NCBI GenBank assembly: GCA_902604535.1
Contig: CACKZK010000004.1
Location: 14,620-78,619, forward strand
Length of the DNA: 64,000 nucleotides
From: an uncultured SAR86 cluster bacterium
GTDB lineage: Bacteria > Pseudomonadota > Gammaproteobacteria > Magnimaribacterales > AG-339-G14
Direction: 5' to 3'
A model generated the notes under the pieces. It saw only the letters and a program-made list of their open reading frames with translations, was not told where the DNA came from and ran no database searches. Positions 62,623 through 64,000 of the stretch are shown here, one piece after another (position 1 is the stretch's first letter; each line of letters opens with the position of its first letter). The translations under genes were made by a program, and so were the position numbers.

Positions 62623-63069
62623 ATGTCTTCGATCTTGCTTTTAAATGGGCCAAATTTAAATCTTTTAGGTGAAAGAGAGCCAGATATTTATGGAAAGTTT
62701 TCTCTTGAAGACATTGAAAAAACAATTAAAGAGCTTGGCAAAGAGAATAATATCGAAACCGAATGCTTTCAAAGCAATGCAGAGCATGAGTTAGTTGATA
62801 AGATTCATGATGCTAAATCTAATGGAGTAAAAGTTATTCTATTTAATCCAGGCGCCTTCACCCACTCAAGCATATCTTTGAGAGATGCAATACTAGGTGT
62901 AAATATTCCTTTGATTGAAATACATTTGTCGAACATTTATGGCAGAGAAGAATTTAGAGAAAAGTCATTTTTTTCAGATATTGCTTTGGGCGTGGTTTCA
63001 GGATTTGGAAAGGAAAGTTATTTAATGGCCTTTCAAGCAGCAAAAAATTATCTACTAAGGGAGGATTAA
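62623..63069 (+). CDS. aroQ: Type II 3-dehydroquinate dehydratase
   Basis: 148 aa. [21 protein letters not shown] and [12 protein letters not shown] motifs. Confidence 0.95.
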   Translation: MSSILLLNGPNLNLLGEREPDIYGKFSLEDIEKTIKELGKENNIETECFQSNAEHELVDKIHDAKSNGVKVILFNPGAFTHSSISLRDAILGVNIPLIEIHLSNIYGREEFREKSFFSDIALGVVSGFGKESYLMAFQAAKNYLLRED

Positions 63070-63554
63070 TGGATATTCGTAAAGTAAAAAAATTAATTGA
63101 AATGTTAGAAGAATCTAATCTCAATGAAATAGAAATAAAAGAAGGCGAAGAAGCTGTAAAACTTGTAAAGAGTAACCCTGTTCCAGGTAATTTTATTTCT
63201 TCTACAACTCCTATCATTTCAGAACCTACTCAACAGTCTCCGATTGCTAAGCAATCGGCACCTTCGCCTGAAGAAACAGTTACTCAAGAAATAAGCCAAA
63301 CATCAAATGTTCTTGAAAGTGGAAACAAAATGAATTCTCCAATGGTAGGAACTTTTTATTCTGCTCCAAATCCAGAGTCAGAACCTTTTGTAAAAGTTGG
63401 TGATCAGATTAATGAAGGCGATGTACTTTGTATAATTGAAGCCATGAAAATGATGAATGAAGTAAAGTCAGAGTTTTCCGGAACAGTAAAACAAATCTTA
63501 GTTGACAATGCTGAGCCTGTTGAGTTCGATCAAACCTTATTTATTATTTCTTAA
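63069..63554 (+). CDS. accB: Biotin carboxyl carrier protein of acetyl-CoA carboxylase
   Basis: 161 aa. Pro/Ala-type linker and the EAMKMMNE biotinylation motif. TAATG overlap with aroQ. Confidence 0.95.
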   Translation: MDIRKVKKLIEMLEESNLNEIEIKEGEEAVKLVKSNPVPGNFISSTTPIISEPTQQSPIAKQSAPSPEETVTQEISQTSNVLESGNKMNSPMVGTFYSAPNPESEPFVKVGDQINEGDVLCIIEAMKMMNEVKSEFSGTVKQILVDNAEPVEFDQTLFIIS

Positions 63555-63560
63555 AGACCA

Positions 63561-64000
63561 ATGTTTAAAAAAATCCTTATAGCTAATAGAGGAGAAATCG
63601 CCTTAAGAATCTTAAGAGCATGCGAGGAGCTTGATATAAAAACTGTTGCTGTTTATTCATCAGCAGATAAAGATTTAAAACATGTAAAGATGGCGGACGA
63701 ATCAATTTGTATCGGGCCTGCAGAATCAGCAAAAAGTTATCTCAACGTCGCTGCTATTATAAGCGCATCAGAACTGACAGGAATTGATGCTATTCATCCG
63801 GGTGTAGGTTTTCTTTCTGAAAACGATCATTTTGCTCAACAAGTTACATCTAGCGGATACAAATTCATAGGACCAGATTCTGAAACCATAAAAGTGATGG
63901 GAAACAAAATCACTGCAAAAGAAGCAGTTTTATCGGCTGGAATGCAGGCCGTACCAGGTACAGGAAGGATTAACTCGGAGAAAGAAGCATTGAAGATGGC
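63561..64000 (+). CDS. accC: Biotin carboxylase, N-terminal part (truncated by the window end)
   Basis: The ATG at 63561 gives [42 protein letters not shown], the canonical AccC N-terminus. The frame stays open to 64000. Confidence 0.93.
   Translation, partial: MFKKILIANRGEIALRILRACEELDIKTVAVYSSADKDLKHVKMADESICIGPAESAKSYLNVAAIISASELTGIDAIHPGVGFLSENDHFAQQVTSSGYKFIGPDSETIKVMGNKITAKEAVLSAGMQAVPGTGRINSEKEALKM

Overview
This window is an AT-rich, extremely gene-dense bacterial chromosome segment. By my tally only about 1.5 kb of 64 kb lies outside called genes, and many gene pairs share ATGA, TAATG or GTGA stop/start overlaps. Gene content and order look gammaproteobacterial with Pseudomonas-like synteny: tuf-secE-nusG-rplKAJL-rpoBC-rpsLG-fusA-S10-spc, lpxC-secA-argJ, rluD/bamD, trxA-rho, and dsbD-aroQ-accBC. 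This suggests a streamlined lineage, but the taxonomic placement is inference only.

Layout:
- 1-24.5 kb (minus strand): one co-linear translation/transcription super-cluster. It runs tRNA-Tyr, tRNA-Thr-tuf-tRNA-Trp-secE-nusG-rplKAJL-rpoBC-rpsLG-fusA, then the S10 and spc operons down to rplO, which is cut by the window edge. There is no tufA after fusA.
- 24.5-35.4 kb: birA, tRNA-Thr(TGT), rraA, a WbpB-like oxidoreductase, rnr-rlmB, lpxC-secA-argJ-ThiE-like, and yacG-coaE. yacG is 57 aa and absent from the ORF track.
- 35.5-41.5 kb: an MFS transporter coupled to an FMN alpha-hydroxyacid dehydrogenase, and a convergent D-aminoacylase-family amidohydrolase. The rRNA-spacer-type tRNA-Ile(GAT) and tRNA-Ala(TGC) lie here, separated by two protein genes.
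- 41.5-45.6 kb: a three-gene envelope glycolipid-modification module (GT2, a PAP2/flippase-like fusion, and an ArnT-like transferase).
- 45.6-50.9 kb: ilvIHC, rluD, bamD and a PP0621-like gene.
- 50.9-56.6 kb: the best candidate for an uncharacterised system. It is an operon of a flavin-reductase-like protein, a DUF4399 protein and two tandem paralogous outer-membrane proteins with a CBM9/DOMON-like domain plus DUF5916.
- 56.6-64 kb: rsmD, rho, trxA, ilvD, an orphan YejF-like ABC ATPase, a stand-alone DsbD N-terminal domain, and aroQ-accB-accC (partial).

Six tRNAs are called. I saw no rRNA, CRISPR array, transposase, integrase or prophage signal, and found no convincing intrinsic terminator. 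Several near-consensus sigma70 promoters are proposed from sequence alone. Some sit so close to SD-less ATGs that the transcripts would be leaderless. All family assignments come from motif and N-terminus recognition by eye. No database search was run.
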